Source: an uncultured Clostridia bacterium (GTDB taxonomy: Bacteria; Bacillota; Clostridia; Christensenellales; DTU072). Taken from it: DNA of 64,000 nucleotides. The stretch is from the NCBI GenBank assembly GCA_934274515.1, contig CAKQTC010000012.1:3723-67722 (forward strand), in the 5' to 3' direction. The position numbers were made by a program, and so were the translations under genes. The notes beneath the pieces were generated by a model that saw nothing but the letters and a program-made list of their open reading frames with translations, did no database searches and was not told the DNA's origin. Shown in pieces: positions 1-9,426 of the stretch (position 1 is the first letter of the stretch; every line of letters starts with the position of its first letter).

Positions 1-169
1 TGACTAGGTACGAAACTTTTTCTGGCATTTTAAGTTTTTCTCTATACGAATGGCACAAACAACAAAAAGTACCGAAAAAAATATTTATCAAAAAAATTTT
101 CGGTACTACCTCTTTTTTCGTGCATATACAGGTAGGGGAAACCCTCATTATCACTAAGGAGATAGCAAA

Positions 170-355
170 ATGGAAAAAACAATTTCAAAGGAAAGCAATT
201 CTTTGGGCATTGATATTTTTATTAATGGGAAAATAGATGTTTTGGCTTTGCCCAAAGGTCTTTTGGAAAGCATAGCCATGCTCATGGAAACAGAAATAAT
301 AAATGATTTGGAAAAGAAACGTCAAAAGAAAAAGAAAGAGAGAAAAAATTTATGA
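170..355 (+). CDS. hypothetical small protein (61 aa, Lys-rich C-terminus)
   Basis: ORF with GGAG-type RBS (ctaaggagatagcaaaATG); no recognisable motif. Confidence 0.35.
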   Translation: MEKTISKESNSLGIDIFINGKIDVLALPKGLLESIAMLMETEIINDLEKKRQKKKKERKNL

Positions 356-383
356 TAAGCACCTTAAATAGGACAAAAAACTA

Positions 384-412
384 TTGACATGCAAAAAGCA
401 ATCATATATAAT
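384..412 (+). promoter_or_regulatory. sigma-70-type promoter upstream of the LexA-like repressor gene
   Basis: TTGACA (384-389), 17-nt spacer, TATAAT (407-412); short 5-2-5 inverted repeat caaca-aa-tgttg at 420-431 just downstream. Confidence 0.5.
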
Positions 413-453
413 CTATCTACAACAAATGTTGCATTTAGCAATGGAGTGTATAT

Positions 454-1062
454 ATGAGAAGTAAAAATGTCGAGTTAATGCAAAATATAATTCAGTATAT
501 AGACGATACATATTCGAAAATAGGTAGAACACCTTCATATAGAGAAATCGCAAGTAAATTTAACGTAGATTGTTCGATTATATCAAGGTATGTAAAGGAG
601 ATGGCGGATCGAGGTATGATAAAAATTACTCCCGGCAGTCGTGGTATAAGAACGGCAAGTATGGATAAAAACGATAAGGATAATATTCAAATCGGTGTTA
701 TCGGCGCTATTGCTTGCGGTACACCCATATATACCGAAGAAAATGTAGAAACATACATATCGTTCCCAAGACAGTTTTTAGGTAGCGGCAAGTTTTACAT
801 ACTAAGAGCTGTCGGAAACAGTATGGTAAATGCAGGCATAGAGGACGGTGATTTAGTTATTGTTCGTCAACAGGAAACTGCCGAGCAAGGACAAATAGTA
901 GTTGCTCTCATAAACGACGAAGCGACATTAAAGCGTTTCTATCGTGACGACAAAAAGCAAATGATACGCTTGCATCCCGAAAACGACGAAATGGAAGATA
1001 TGTATTTCGAGAGTATAGCAATTCAAGGTATAGCGGTTAAGGTGTTAAAGGATTTGGAGTAA
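454..1062 (+). CDS. LexA-family repressor (wHTH + S24 self-cleaving peptidase domain)
   Basis: 202 aa with full LexA architecture: N-terminal HTH (SYREIASKFNVDCSIISRYVKEMADRGMI), cleavage-site region VIGAIACGTPI (Cys-Gly as in UmuD), catalytic Ser in GNSM and Lys in ATLKRF. Confidence 0.8.
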   Translation: MRSKNVELMQNIIQYIDDTYSKIGRTPSYREIASKFNVDCSIISRYVKEMADRGMIKITPGSRGIRTASMDKNDKDNIQIGVIGAIACGTPIYTEENVETYISFPRQFLGSGKFYILRAVGNSMVNAGIEDGDLVIVRQQETAEQGQIVVALINDEATLKRFYRDDKKQMIRLHPENDEMEDMYFESIAIQGIAVKVLKDLE

Positions 1063-1233
1063 ATATTTATAATGTCACAAATAACCGAATAAAGTCCTAA
1101 CCCAAACTTTATAGGTTATGCGTTATATGTTATGCACTAAGGCTGACCTACTATTGTATAGGAGTTCCCAACCATACTTTAATAGTTTGTCAAATCCAAA
1201 ACCAAACGTGTTACGGGAAAAGGAGGAAAAGGA

Positions 1234-1425
1234 ATGTATAAGTTCATATCTTGCCCACAGTGCGGCAAACGTATTTGTCGAGCCGAACTTGGAAGTTCCA
1301 TTGCGATTACATGCTCTAATTGCAAGACGGACATTCAATGCGTAGTCGATAATGACGGTGGCGTACATACTTTGCTTATTATGGACATTGCATTAGCCAT
1401 AAAGAAAGCAGCAAATCAAACATAG
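1234..1425 (+). CDS. small zinc-ribbon protein (63 aa)
   Basis: CPQC...CSNC cysteine pairs; strong RBS aaaggaggaaaaggaATG. Confidence 0.45.
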   Translation: MYKFISCPQCGKRICRAELGSSIAITCSNCKTDIQCVVDNDGGVHTLLIMDIALAIKKAANQT

Positions 1426-1596
1426 AAAAATAATTAAAAACTTAATTTATTGAGATACGGCAGAATAAAACCTGTACTCGGCTAAGTATCGTTAAGAGGG
1501 ACTACCCGTATCAAAAGTTGTCGATACCTTTATATATAAGGTAGTAGAGTGTCTGAATTTGGCGGACGATAAAGTCCCAAAGCGGCCATCAGGAGA

Positions 1597-1651
1597 CCTG
1601 GCAATAGCTAAATCACAAAACGTGGTTTAACTATTGCTAGGCTCTTTTTTT
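1597..1651 (+). terminator. rho-independent terminator-like hairpin
   Basis: cctggcaatag (1597-1607) pairs with ctattgctagg (1631-1641, one G-U), followed by a T-run ctcttttttt. Confidence 0.55.
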
Positions 1652-1671
1652 ATGCCCTAATAGCAGTTTTT

Positions 1672-1715
1672 AGCCCGAAAATCGTGATTTAGCTCGTGAT
1701 TATCGGGCTTTTTCT
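1672..1715 (+). terminator. second terminator-like hairpin
   Basis: agcccgaaaatc / gattatcgggct stem (one mismatch) followed by ttttt. Confidence 0.45.
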
Positions 1716-1773
1716 TCATTGGAAATCTCCGGTAATAAATTTCGAAAGGCATTAAAAATTATGGAGGCTTACA

Positions 1774-2247
1774 ATGAAAAAATACACAATTATTATTCGC
1801 AAAAAAGACATTGACAAAGAGATAGCAGTGTGGGTTGACGACGAAATTTCCGTCTTGTTGGAACAAGTCGATAGCAAAACCCGAAACACATATTTAGCAT
1901 TAGAACACCAAACGTATTTGAATAATTTGAGAGAAACCCGTCGTCATAGTTCGATGGAAGTTTATCTTGCCAACGGAATGCAATTTCAAGCTGACGAAAT
2001 GACAGCGGAAGAAAGAGTTATTAAAGCGGAAACCCATTTAGCATTATGTTATGCCCTATCTACATTAAAGAAAAAACATTTGTGGCTACTTGAAGAGATT
2101 TACATAAAAGGCAGGCAACAACAAGAAATAGCCGCCGAGCTCGGGATAAGCAAACAGGCTTTTAGCGGTCGTATGAGCATCATTTATCGCAATCTAAAAA
2201 ATATTATTGAAAATTTTTCGGTACTAACCCGAAAGTCGCGCATTTAA
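1774..2247 (+). CDS. sigma-70 region-4-like HTH regulator (157 aa)
   Basis: C-terminal segment LWLLEEIYIKGRQQQEIAAELGISKQAFSGRMSIIYRNLKNI resembles the sigma region 4 HTH; no clear region 2 seen. Confidence 0.45.
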   Translation: MKKYTIIIRKKDIDKEIAVWVDDEISVLLEQVDSKTRNTYLALEHQTYLNNLRETRRHSSMEVYLANGMQFQADEMTAEERVIKAETHLALCYALSTLKKKHLWLLEEIYIKGRQQQEIAAELGISKQAFSGRMSIIYRNLKNIIENFSVLTRKSRI

Positions 2248-2291
2248 TATGCCGACGATAACGGCGAGAAAAAAATAAGGAGAAAAACACT

Positions 2292-2543
2292 ATGAAAGAA
2301 TTTATTGACTTTATCGAAAATGCGGACAATGTGTATCGTACCAAACATTTCATTGTCAAGCAAAAAGTAAACATTTGCAAAAGCGCAGTAATTGGGGACG
2401 CTATGATGATGAGCATAGATACCTACTACGCCCGCACACCGAGCCGAGATTTCGAATACGACATAATTTTCAAAACTCGTGGCAAGCAAATCGAAGGCAA
2501 ACGTATTATCGCGTCTATCTATACCCGAAAATACGTTGAATAA
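2292..2543 (+). CDS. hypothetical protein (83 aa)
   Basis: ORF with RBS aaggagaaaaacactATG, co-directional with its neighbours. Confidence 0.4.
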   Translation: MKEFIDFIENADNVYRTKHFIVKQKVNICKSAVIGDAMMMSIDTYYARTPSRDFEYDIIFKTRGKQIEGKRIIASIYTRKYVE

Positions 2544-2747
2544 CTAAATAATAGCGGTTGTCGGCTAATAAATAATGCGAATTTCAGCGAGTAATTACAT
2601 AAAAGAGCTTCTTTCGCCAATCGCCCGGAACGTAATGTTCATTCACACTCCGACAACCTTTGTTATATCTACAATCTAATATTTTTATTACGCTTAGCTA
2701 ACGGCAAAACGGGCAACGAAATCAAAAATTACGTACAAGGAGAAATT

Positions 2748-3029
2748 ATGGCTAACAACAATAACGAAAGGCGTTGGGTAGTCCCTTCCAAGAGGGCTAA
2801 GAGCTACGCCGAAGAACGTAAAGCAAAAGTTCATCAACATGGCGATAAGGAAGGCAAGGAGCTTACCGATTACGAGGCAGGGCTTCGCTCCGGGTATCTT
2901 CAATGTCAGTCCGACCATGCCGGTACTTATATTTACAAGAAAGCATTAGGCGAAGGTAAAACCAAAGAAGAAGCTAAAAAGCTGTCAAAGATTAAAGGAA
3001 AAGGTAAAGGAAAGAAGGAGGATAAGTAA
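2748..3029 (+). CDS. hypothetical basic protein (93 aa, KGKGKGKK tail)
   Basis: RBS caaggagaaattATG; strongly basic composition, so nucleic-acid binding is conceivable. Confidence 0.45.
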   Translation: MANNNNERRWVVPSKRAKSYAEERKAKVHQHGDKEGKELTDYEAGLRSGYLQCQSDHAGTYIYKKALGEGKTKEEAKKLSKIKGKGKGKKEDK

Positions 3030-3031
3030 AA

Positions 3032-3370
3032 ATGGCAGTAACAGTAAAAATCGAGCGTGAAACTTATGAAAAGAACGGAAAAACATTCTTCACTTATTTT
3101 ATAAAGGGCGTACTGAGAGGGAAAGAAGTCAAGGCTACTCTTGCTCCCCCCGATGTCGGCGGATATACCGTATTGGACATAGTATTCGATAATGCTATGG
3201 AAGCCGATCTCAGCATTAACCCGTTTGAGATGAAGGACAGCTCCGGCAACGTTATCAACGGCAAAACCTTTATTGTCAAGAGCGTTGACGAAAACGGCGA
3301 AGTCTATGAATGCAAAGTGAAGCCGCTCCGTCAGTCGGATAAAGATTTACTCGCAATGCTTTTCAAATAA
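3032..3370 (+). CDS. hypothetical beta-rich protein (112 aa; possible ssDNA-binding role, speculative)
   Basis: RBS aaggaggataagtaaaaATG, 2 nt after the previous stop; size and position resemble gene V-type proteins, but no motif was recognised. Confidence 0.4.
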   Translation: MAVTVKIERETYEKNGKTFFTYFIKGVLRGKEVKATLAPPDVGGYTVLDIVFDNAMEADLSINPFEMKDSSGNVINGKTFIVKSVDENGEVYECKVKPLRQSDKDLLAMLFK

Positions 3371-3435
3371 GAAAAACACTTAATCGCTGCGGCTTAGTCA
3401 CATAAGCCGTAGCTTATTAAAACAGGAGGATAAAT

Positions 3436-4515
3436 ATGAATCAAGAATTTAAGAACAGACATTCGGATACAGGGAAATGGATTGTTGTGTTTATCGCAAT
3501 TCTCATTCTTACCATATCGGTTGTTGCCGTTATGATCCCTGTGTATGGACCGTATATAGCGTCCATGATAAACAACAAGGCTGAAAACGCAACGGAAAAT
3601 GATACAGAAGAGGTTATGTCTATGACCTATTCGAGTTCGTCCAGATTGAAGCTCGCAGGTGGCTCCGGCTCGTCCTCTCCTTTCGAAAAAACCTTGATAG
3701 CGACGGTCTTGCCTGCCGACGCACCCGATAAAAGTGTTACTTGGTCGGCGGCGTGGACTTCCGATTCGAGCAGGAAGAACGAGGATGTGTCTAAGTACAT
3801 TACCGTAACGCCCGCTTCGTCCGGCTCTGCTACGGCAACCGTTAAGTGCTTAAAGGCATTTACCAATGACGTAGTTATGGTTACTGTAACGACTAACGTA
3901 GGCGGATTTACCGCAAGCTGTAGGGTCGAATATATCGGAACGCCCGAAACTCTTACTATCGGTACTACCGGGCTTACTGCCACCACCGATGCAAGTTGGG
4001 GAAATATAAAGATATATACGGGAAGCGTCGGCGAAACCTATTCTCTCCCTATAACTCTCGGAAACTCTCTTAATAGCGTTGGCTCGTCTTTCGGTAACTA
4101 TACCGTAACTATGGAAGTATTTGGTAGTGTAGTTGTAAATAATAAAGCAACCCGTTCCGGTGAAGTAACCAACACCGAAGAAACCTATTCGTATCGTATA
4201 GAAACCGCAGGGACTAATAATCCGCGTGCGGAAACTCAAGTCGGCAATTCCTTCAATATGCCTGTACTTGTACAAGGGATAGAAAACGGGAAATTGATTG
4301 TTAAAATCGGCGACTCTCCCAAATCTATATCGGTAACCGTAGGCGATAGAAGCGGCACTTCCACAAGAACATATCTCCGTTTTGTAGATAACAAGGAAGT
4401 GTATTGCAAAATAACCGTTACGGATACGGTAAGCGGCGTTTCTTCGAGTATCAATGTAAGACCTTTTTCGGCAATCACGTCCTTAGCGTTGAATGCTTCC
4501 ACCTTGCAATTTTAG
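3436..4515 (+). CDS. N-terminally membrane-anchored protein with Ig-like (Big_2-like) region
   Basis: TM helix WIVVFIAILILTISVVAVMIPVY; segment KSVTWSAAW...ITVTPASSGSATATVKCL...VTVTTNVGGFTASCRVEY resembles bacterial Ig-like domains. Confidence 0.5.
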   Translation: MNQEFKNRHSDTGKWIVVFIAILILTISVVAVMIPVYGPYIASMINNKAENATENDTEEVMSMTYSSSSRLKLAGGSGSSSPFEKTLIATVLPADAPDKSVTWSAAWTSDSSRKNEDVSKYITVTPASSGSATATVKCLKAFTNDVVMVTVTTNVGGFTASCRVEYIGTPETLTIGTTGLTATTDASWGNIKIYTGSVGETYSLPITLGNSLNSVGSSFGNYTVTMEVFGSVVVNNKATRSGEVTNTEETYSYRIETAGTNNPRAETQVGNSFNMPVLVQGIENGKLIVKIGDSPKSISVTVGDRSGTSTRTYLRFVDNKEVYCKITVTDTVSGVSSSINVRPFSAITSLALNASTLQF

Positions 4516-4527
4516 TGAGGTGACATT

Positions 4528-5115
4528 ATGGCGGCGAAGAGTAAGGCAATCAAAATAATATCCATAGTTTTAGCCGTCCTGATAGCCGTTGGAGCTTGTG
4601 GCGCAATAGCGTATTTCACTAACGGGTTTACAACGGATTTTGCAACATTCTATGTAACTATGGACGGCAAAGACTGTATGACCGACACTCGCGGAGTAGA
4701 ACTACCGATTTATGAAGCAACAGAAGTAAAAGTAAATTATACTTTCGATTTTGCCAGCTCTAACGCTACCGGTTATTCTCTAATCATTAAGCCATCCGGA
4801 GAAGTTGATTTCGATTTCGATGTGGACGGAGAGCCCTATTCCTTTTCGGGTGTCGAGGATTTATCCGCTGGATTTGAAATTGAAAAAGGAGAAGATTCAT
4901 TCACCATAAAACCTAAGGGCGATATTTTGAATATTCTTTCCGCTTGTTTTCCAGATAGCGCAGTGACTTTGGATTTAGCCGATGTAGAGATGACGGATAT
5001 TATGCTTCTTGAGGTGATTTCCTACAACAAAACGAGTAGCATCAAAATCTATTTTTCGGTTGCATCTACGGTAACCGGAGTTACGCTCAGCGAGGAGGTG
5101 ATTTATTTTGGATAG
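4528..5115 (+). CDS. N-terminally membrane-anchored protein (195 aa)
   Basis: TM helix IKIISIVLAVLIAVGACGAIAYF; RBS gtgaggtgacattATG. Confidence 0.45.
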   Translation: MAAKSKAIKIISIVLAVLIAVGACGAIAYFTNGFTTDFATFYVTMDGKDCMTDTRGVELPIYEATEVKVNYTFDFASSNATGYSLIIKPSGEVDFDFDVDGEPYSFSGVEDLSAGFEIEKGEDSFTIKPKGDILNILSACFPDSAVTLDLADVEMTDIMLLEVISYNKTSSIKIYFSVASTVTGVTLSEEVIYFG

Positions 5116-7165
5116 TCGCACAACCATTCGAATTGTATGTGTGATTATCCTTGCGGTAATGCTTTGCACCGTCTTTATGTCGGTGCAAAACACCGATTTA
5201 ATTGCACATGCCGAAACAGGCGGGTTTGAATCGACAAATGTATTTGATGATCTAACTTCGTCCACCGTCAACGGAAAGAAATTCGATATAACGGCTTACC
5301 CGTTTGATGAAAGCAAGGATATGCGGGTGATAGATTTCGTTGAGTATTGTTATTCGTATAAGAAAAATTTGAGTAGCAACTATGGATTGTATGTGTATGT
5401 ATATAACCCGAAAGGGCTGAACATATCCACTAAAAACAAGGGCAATAAAATTCAAATGGCTGTGTCCTACGACAGTGAAGGCAACCCTAACGATTATGTG
5501 AAGTTCGACCTGCAATTTTGCAATAAGAGCGAGAAGGCAGATTATAAAAACCTATACTACAAATTTAAGGTGGTTGATAAGAAGGTCAACGGAACTACAT
5601 TTTACGAGCGTGTAAACAGCATTAAAAGAAGGTACGACGTTTCCGGGATAGAGCTTACTACCTACGGAAATGATAACGCTACGGAATATACGGTTGCGGG
5701 AACATACAACTTTACGGGTTATGCCGAAGGTTACGGACCGGACGCAAAGGAAAAAAGCACATTGAGTTGCGAGATTCAATATCTCGAAACAATTACGCTT
5801 GAAGTGCACCACACTTTCTATCGGACAATGACTTCGGTTAAGGGTGCAGGCTATCAGAACCAATTAGACACCGTATATTTTGCAGTCCCGAAACGGTATT
5901 TCGACACCTACGGCAAGTTGCAAAGGATAAAAGCCGAGTGGTACGAGTACAAGACCAATGATATTGTCGTCACGAGCAACAGCGATTTCTATAACAAGGC
6001 TTCGCCGTATCTCGGAGTCCAAACAGGTCCTTTCGACCAATTCGGAATGACGGCATACAACGCAAATATAGGAATATCGCTCGGTCAAAATGCAGGAGAC
6101 GCAGGCGGCGGAATGTATGCGGCACAATGGGGCTGGAACTTGGGAAGCGGATATTTACACGTTCCTTGCGCAACGCTCTATTACTTGTTCAAAACGAACA
6201 ACAGTATTTCGTCCTACGATCCCTATGCGGATATAGTGAAGAACGGCGGCGTATCGAGTAACGCTCTCTATGAATATATCAAGAGCTACAATAAGACGCA
6301 CGATAAAGGTTATTTACCCATAAAGGAAGGCACGATCAGCGCCGACCTGTTTGCCGACGACATAGACGAGTATCGAAAGATGGATACCGAGTTCGGCAAG
6401 ATACAAAAGGGATATAGCTACTACGATTTTGACGCCGACGTTGACCTGCAAAAGTTAGCCTCTTGGCAATCGGGCAATCCGTCCTTTTGGGATAATTGGT
6501 TAAATTGGGGGCTATGGAATTCCCTGTTCGGGAATATTCCGAAGGAAGATAGCAAAACCCTTTCGCCCATATATACCCTTAAAGAAAGCGACCTTACGGG
6601 AAGCAATTCGGAGATAGCCGACAGACTAATGATTAACGCAAACGACGTAGGCGAATTGAAGAATTTTTACAGGGATGCCGTCACCGTTTCGGGGAAGGAC
6701 GACGAGGAAAAAGTTGTCGTGCTGTTCAGGTTTGCGACAAGCGACTACTACTCCGCTCCGGTGGATATTATCAAGATTAAGACCGGAATATTCGGTTCGG
6801 ATAAGCACGCGAAGGGGGAAGCCTATCGTGCTTGGGAGAGCGTGTTTTTCGACTTCGACATAATCCAACTGACCTTTAACAAGGACGGAGCGTATAAGGT
6901 AATCCCCGTTGTGTCGAGCCCCATCGACATAGTGGACGCAATAACGCCGCCGGTACAGTTCGATGAATTGGAATGGTGGAAAATACTACTTGCGATAGTC
7001 TTGCTAATACTGCTTATAATCATTTTCACGCCACTCTTACCCTACATAATAAATGGCGTAATTTGGTTAATTTCGTTGCCGATTAAGGCAGTGAAAAAGA
7101 TAGCGAAAAGCATAGAAAAACGCAAGGAAAAGAAACAACTGAAACAGACCACGAAGGAGGTATAA
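5108..7165 (+). CDS. large exported protein with N-terminal signal/anchor and C-terminal TM anchor plus basic tail (spike/adsorption-protein-like topology)
   Basis: TTG start 7-8 nt after gaggaggtg; N-terminal hydrophobic IRIVCVIILAVMLCTVFMSV; C-terminal WWKILLAIVLLILLIIIFTPLLPYIINGVIWLISLPI followed by KAVKKIAKSIEKRKEKK. Confidence 0.5.
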   Translation: MDSRTTIRIVCVIILAVMLCTVFMSVQNTDLIAHAETGGFESTNVFDDLTSSTVNGKKFDITAYPFDESKDMRVIDFVEYCYSYKKNLSSNYGLYVYVYNPKGLNISTKNKGNKIQMAVSYDSEGNPNDYVKFDLQFCNKSEKADYKNLYYKFKVVDKKVNGTTFYERVNSIKRRYDVSGIELTTYGNDNATEYTVAGTYNFTGYAEGYGPDAKEKSTLSCEIQYLETITLEVHHTFYRTMTSVKGAGYQNQLDTVYFAVPKRYFDTYGKLQRIKAEWYEYKTNDIVVTSNSDFYNKASPYLGVQTGPFDQFGMTAYNANIGISLGQNAGDAGGGMYAAQWGWNLGSGYLHVPCATLYYLFKTNNSISSYDPYADIVKNGGVSSNALYEYIKSYNKTHDKGYLPIKEGTISADLFADDIDEYRKMDTEFGKIQKGYSYYDFDADVDLQKLASWQSGNPSFWDNWLNWGLWNSLFGNIPKEDSKTLSPIYTLKESDLTGSNSEIADRLMINANDVGELKNFYRDAVTVSGKDDEEKVVVLFRFATSDYYSAPVDIIKIKTGIFGSDKHAKGEAYRAWESVFFDFDIIQLTFNKDGAYKVIPVVSSPIDIVDAITPPVQFDELEWWKILLAIVLLILLIIIFTPLLPYIINGVIWLISLPIKAVKKIAKSIEKRKEKKQLKQTTKEV

Positions 7166-7324
7166 ATGAAAACATTCAAGAGAGTAATCGCCGTTATTCT
7201 CTTGGTGCTTGCGGTACTGTTTATCGGCTACTTCGTTTTTACAGGTAGCCGATTTTCTTTACCGATTGAAGCAACGGAAACGGCAAATTTAATCAAGGGG
7301 GTACAATTATGGAAAAGCGTATAA
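7166..7324 (+). CDS. small single-pass membrane protein (52 aa; not in the supplied ORF track)
   Basis: ATG at 7166 after aaggaggtataa; MKTFKRVIAVILLVLAVLFIGYFVFTG...; overlaps the next gene start. Confidence 0.3.
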   Translation: MKTFKRVIAVILLVLAVLFIGYFVFTGSRFSLPIEATETANLIKGVQLWKSV

Positions 7325-9426
7325 AGGAACTTAATATATCAATAACGGTAGCCTTAACAGTTATATTTGCGTTACTCGGCTATTTGTATTTTTGTTCCTC
7401 GTATATAAGGCTCGGCGAAGGCTTTGTCGATTTATGGAATAGCATAAAGTTCTATTTGGGCAGCATATTCGGCTTTAATATTTCGGCTACGATAACCGTA
7501 ACAGAGCCGTCGCAGGTCTTTACTTGGAGTTCGTATTTACCTAAGAATTTTGACGGATTTAAGGAAAGTTTTAAGGGGTATTTTCAACTCTTTTTTACGG
7601 GAGAAAACGTCAAAAACTTTTTCGTATATCTCGGTGAGATTATAGGGAAAATCGCAAAGGTGTTATTGATAATTTTGCCTTGTATTTTAGGTGTGATTAT
7701 ATTCATAAAATTGCTTTACGGACAAAGCAACGTCAAGCATAACAAGGATACGATCCCATTAAGGATATTCAAGGCAACGACGAAGTGTACCGTTCCCGTC
7801 CGGGAATACATAAAGCAGTATGTAGATTATGTGAAGGCTAATTCGGCTATCTATACCGTATGGCTTATTATCTGGGCTCTACACTTAAACCTTGTCGGCA
7901 TAGTTATAGAGTTCCTCGCCTTCTATCTTTACTTTTCCTTGCAGTACGATTTTATCAATATCTATGTGCAGGTGTGCAAGCTCATTATAGACTTCAACGT
8001 GCTATTCAAGAGTGTGCCCGTTATCGTTCCGATTGGCATAGGCATTTACCTGTTCGATAGGTGGAGAAGAAAAATCGCGCTCAATACCTTACGGAAGAAC
8101 GAAGCTCGGAACTGTGGCTTTATAAACGAGCTGCCTATCGTGTCGATGGACTGCGGAAGCATGGGAAAAAGGAAAACCACCGCTATAACCGATATGGCAA
8201 TAAGTCAAGACGTAATGTTCAGACAAAAGGCGTTTGAGCTATTGCAAAAGAACGATATGAAGTTCCCGTTTTTCTCATGGATAGCCTTCGAGACGGAGTT
8301 GCGGAAATGTATAGAGCATAAGACGGTGTACAACCTCGCAACCATAAAGGAATGGGTGAAGCTGAAACAGCGCCGCTACGAAAAGCACCGCAATGCCGAT
8401 TGGCAACTGTACGGATATGACGTTAAAAGGTACGGCGACGTATATTATGACGGCTTGAAAAGGTATTATTTGTTCGATGTACTCTCTACATACGCCCGGC
8501 TCTATTTTATCTATGTAATCGAGAGCTGCCTAATCGTTTCCAACTACGCTATAAGAACGGACAACGTAATGCTCGACGCAGGGAATTTCCCTATGTGGGT
8601 AAACGATTTCTTTCCGGAAACGAAAAGGCGTGAAAGTAGGTTTTCTCATATACTCGATTTCGACGTGTTGAGGCTCGGCAAGAAGGTCATAGAGGACAAT
8701 CCCAATATCGGCAGTTTTGAGTTCGGCGTGGTAGTCATTACCGAAGTAGGCAAAGAGCGTGGGAATAACCTTGAATTGAAAGAGTTGAAGAAGGGAACGG
8801 AAGAAACCAACCAGAAGAACGACCTGTTCAACTCATGGCTGAAAATGTGTAGGCACTCGGCGACGGTGGATAATTTCCCGTTTATAAAAGTATTTACCGA
8901 CGAGCAAAGACCGGAATCGTGGGGAGCTGACGCAAGGGATCTATGCGAGATAGTACATATAGTTTCGGCGGGAGAAACCAAGCTCGCTTTACCCTTCTAT
9001 ACCATAGAGGAAATGATAGCCGACCACCTGTTCAGAGGGTTTATGAATTTGTACTATGACTTCCGTTACAGGCGTGGAGATAACACCCTTTTGGTGTACC
9101 TGTTCAAGTGGGTTACTTCGGTGATTTTTAGGCACAATGTACGCATCTATAACAGGTACGGTTTTAGCCAATTAAAGGTGGAAAAAGAAGCAGGCACAAT
9201 GGACGGTAAACCGACGAAAAAGACGTATTGTTTGATGAACCAAAAGATATACAGTAGCCGTTTCAGCACAGACTGTTTCAGCGATTACTTTAACGATATG
9301 GCGAAGAAAACAAACGTCGGCTTGAATGACTATATAGAGTATGCCTGCGAGAAAGCGAGCGTCGAAGAACTGAAATTACAAAACAGTTATTTTATCAATT
9401 CATTATACAACAAGGGGGTGAAATAA
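7309..9426 (+). CDS. polytopic membrane domain fused to a putative (deviant) P-loop NTPase-like domain (705 aa)
   Basis: About 270 aa with several hydrophobic helices, then DCGSMGKRKTTAITD (Walker-A-like but non-canonical) and hydrophobic-strand/acidic motifs GVVVITEVGK and IKVFTDEQR. Confidence 0.45.
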   Translation: MEKRIKELNISITVALTVIFALLGYLYFCSSYIRLGEGFVDLWNSIKFYLGSIFGFNISATITVTEPSQVFTWSSYLPKNFDGFKESFKGYFQLFFTGENVKNFFVYLGEIIGKIAKVLLIILPCILGVIIFIKLLYGQSNVKHNKDTIPLRIFKATTKCTVPVREYIKQYVDYVKANSAIYTVWLIIWALHLNLVGIVIEFLAFYLYFSLQYDFINIYVQVCKLIIDFNVLFKSVPVIVPIGIGIYLFDRWRRKIALNTLRKNEARNCGFINELPIVSMDCGSMGKRKTTAITDMAISQDVMFRQKAFELLQKNDMKFPFFSWIAFETELRKCIEHKTVYNLATIKEWVKLKQRRYEKHRNADWQLYGYDVKRYGDVYYDGLKRYYLFDVLSTYARLYFIYVIESCLIVSNYAIRTDNVMLDAGNFPMWVNDFFPETKRRESRFSHILDFDVLRLGKKVIEDNPNIGSFEFGVVVITEVGKERGNNLELKELKKGTEETNQKNDLFNSWLKMCRHSATVDNFPFIKVFTDEQRPESWGADARDLCEIVHIVSAGETKLALPFYTIEEMIADHLFRGFMNLYYDFRYRRGDNTLLVYLFKWVTSVIFRHNVRIYNRYGFSQLKVEKEAGTMDGKPTKKTYCLMNQKIYSSRFSTDCFSDYFNDMAKKTNVGLNDYIEYACEKASVEELKLQNSYFINSLYNKGVK

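Noticed and set aside
1118-1368. Overlapping 75-aa (+) and 81-aa (-) ORFs between the LexA-like and Zn-ribbon genes
   Set aside because: They are mutually antisense, lack RBSs, have unremarkable composition, and overlap the better-supported Zn-ribbon gene (strong AGGAGG RBS).
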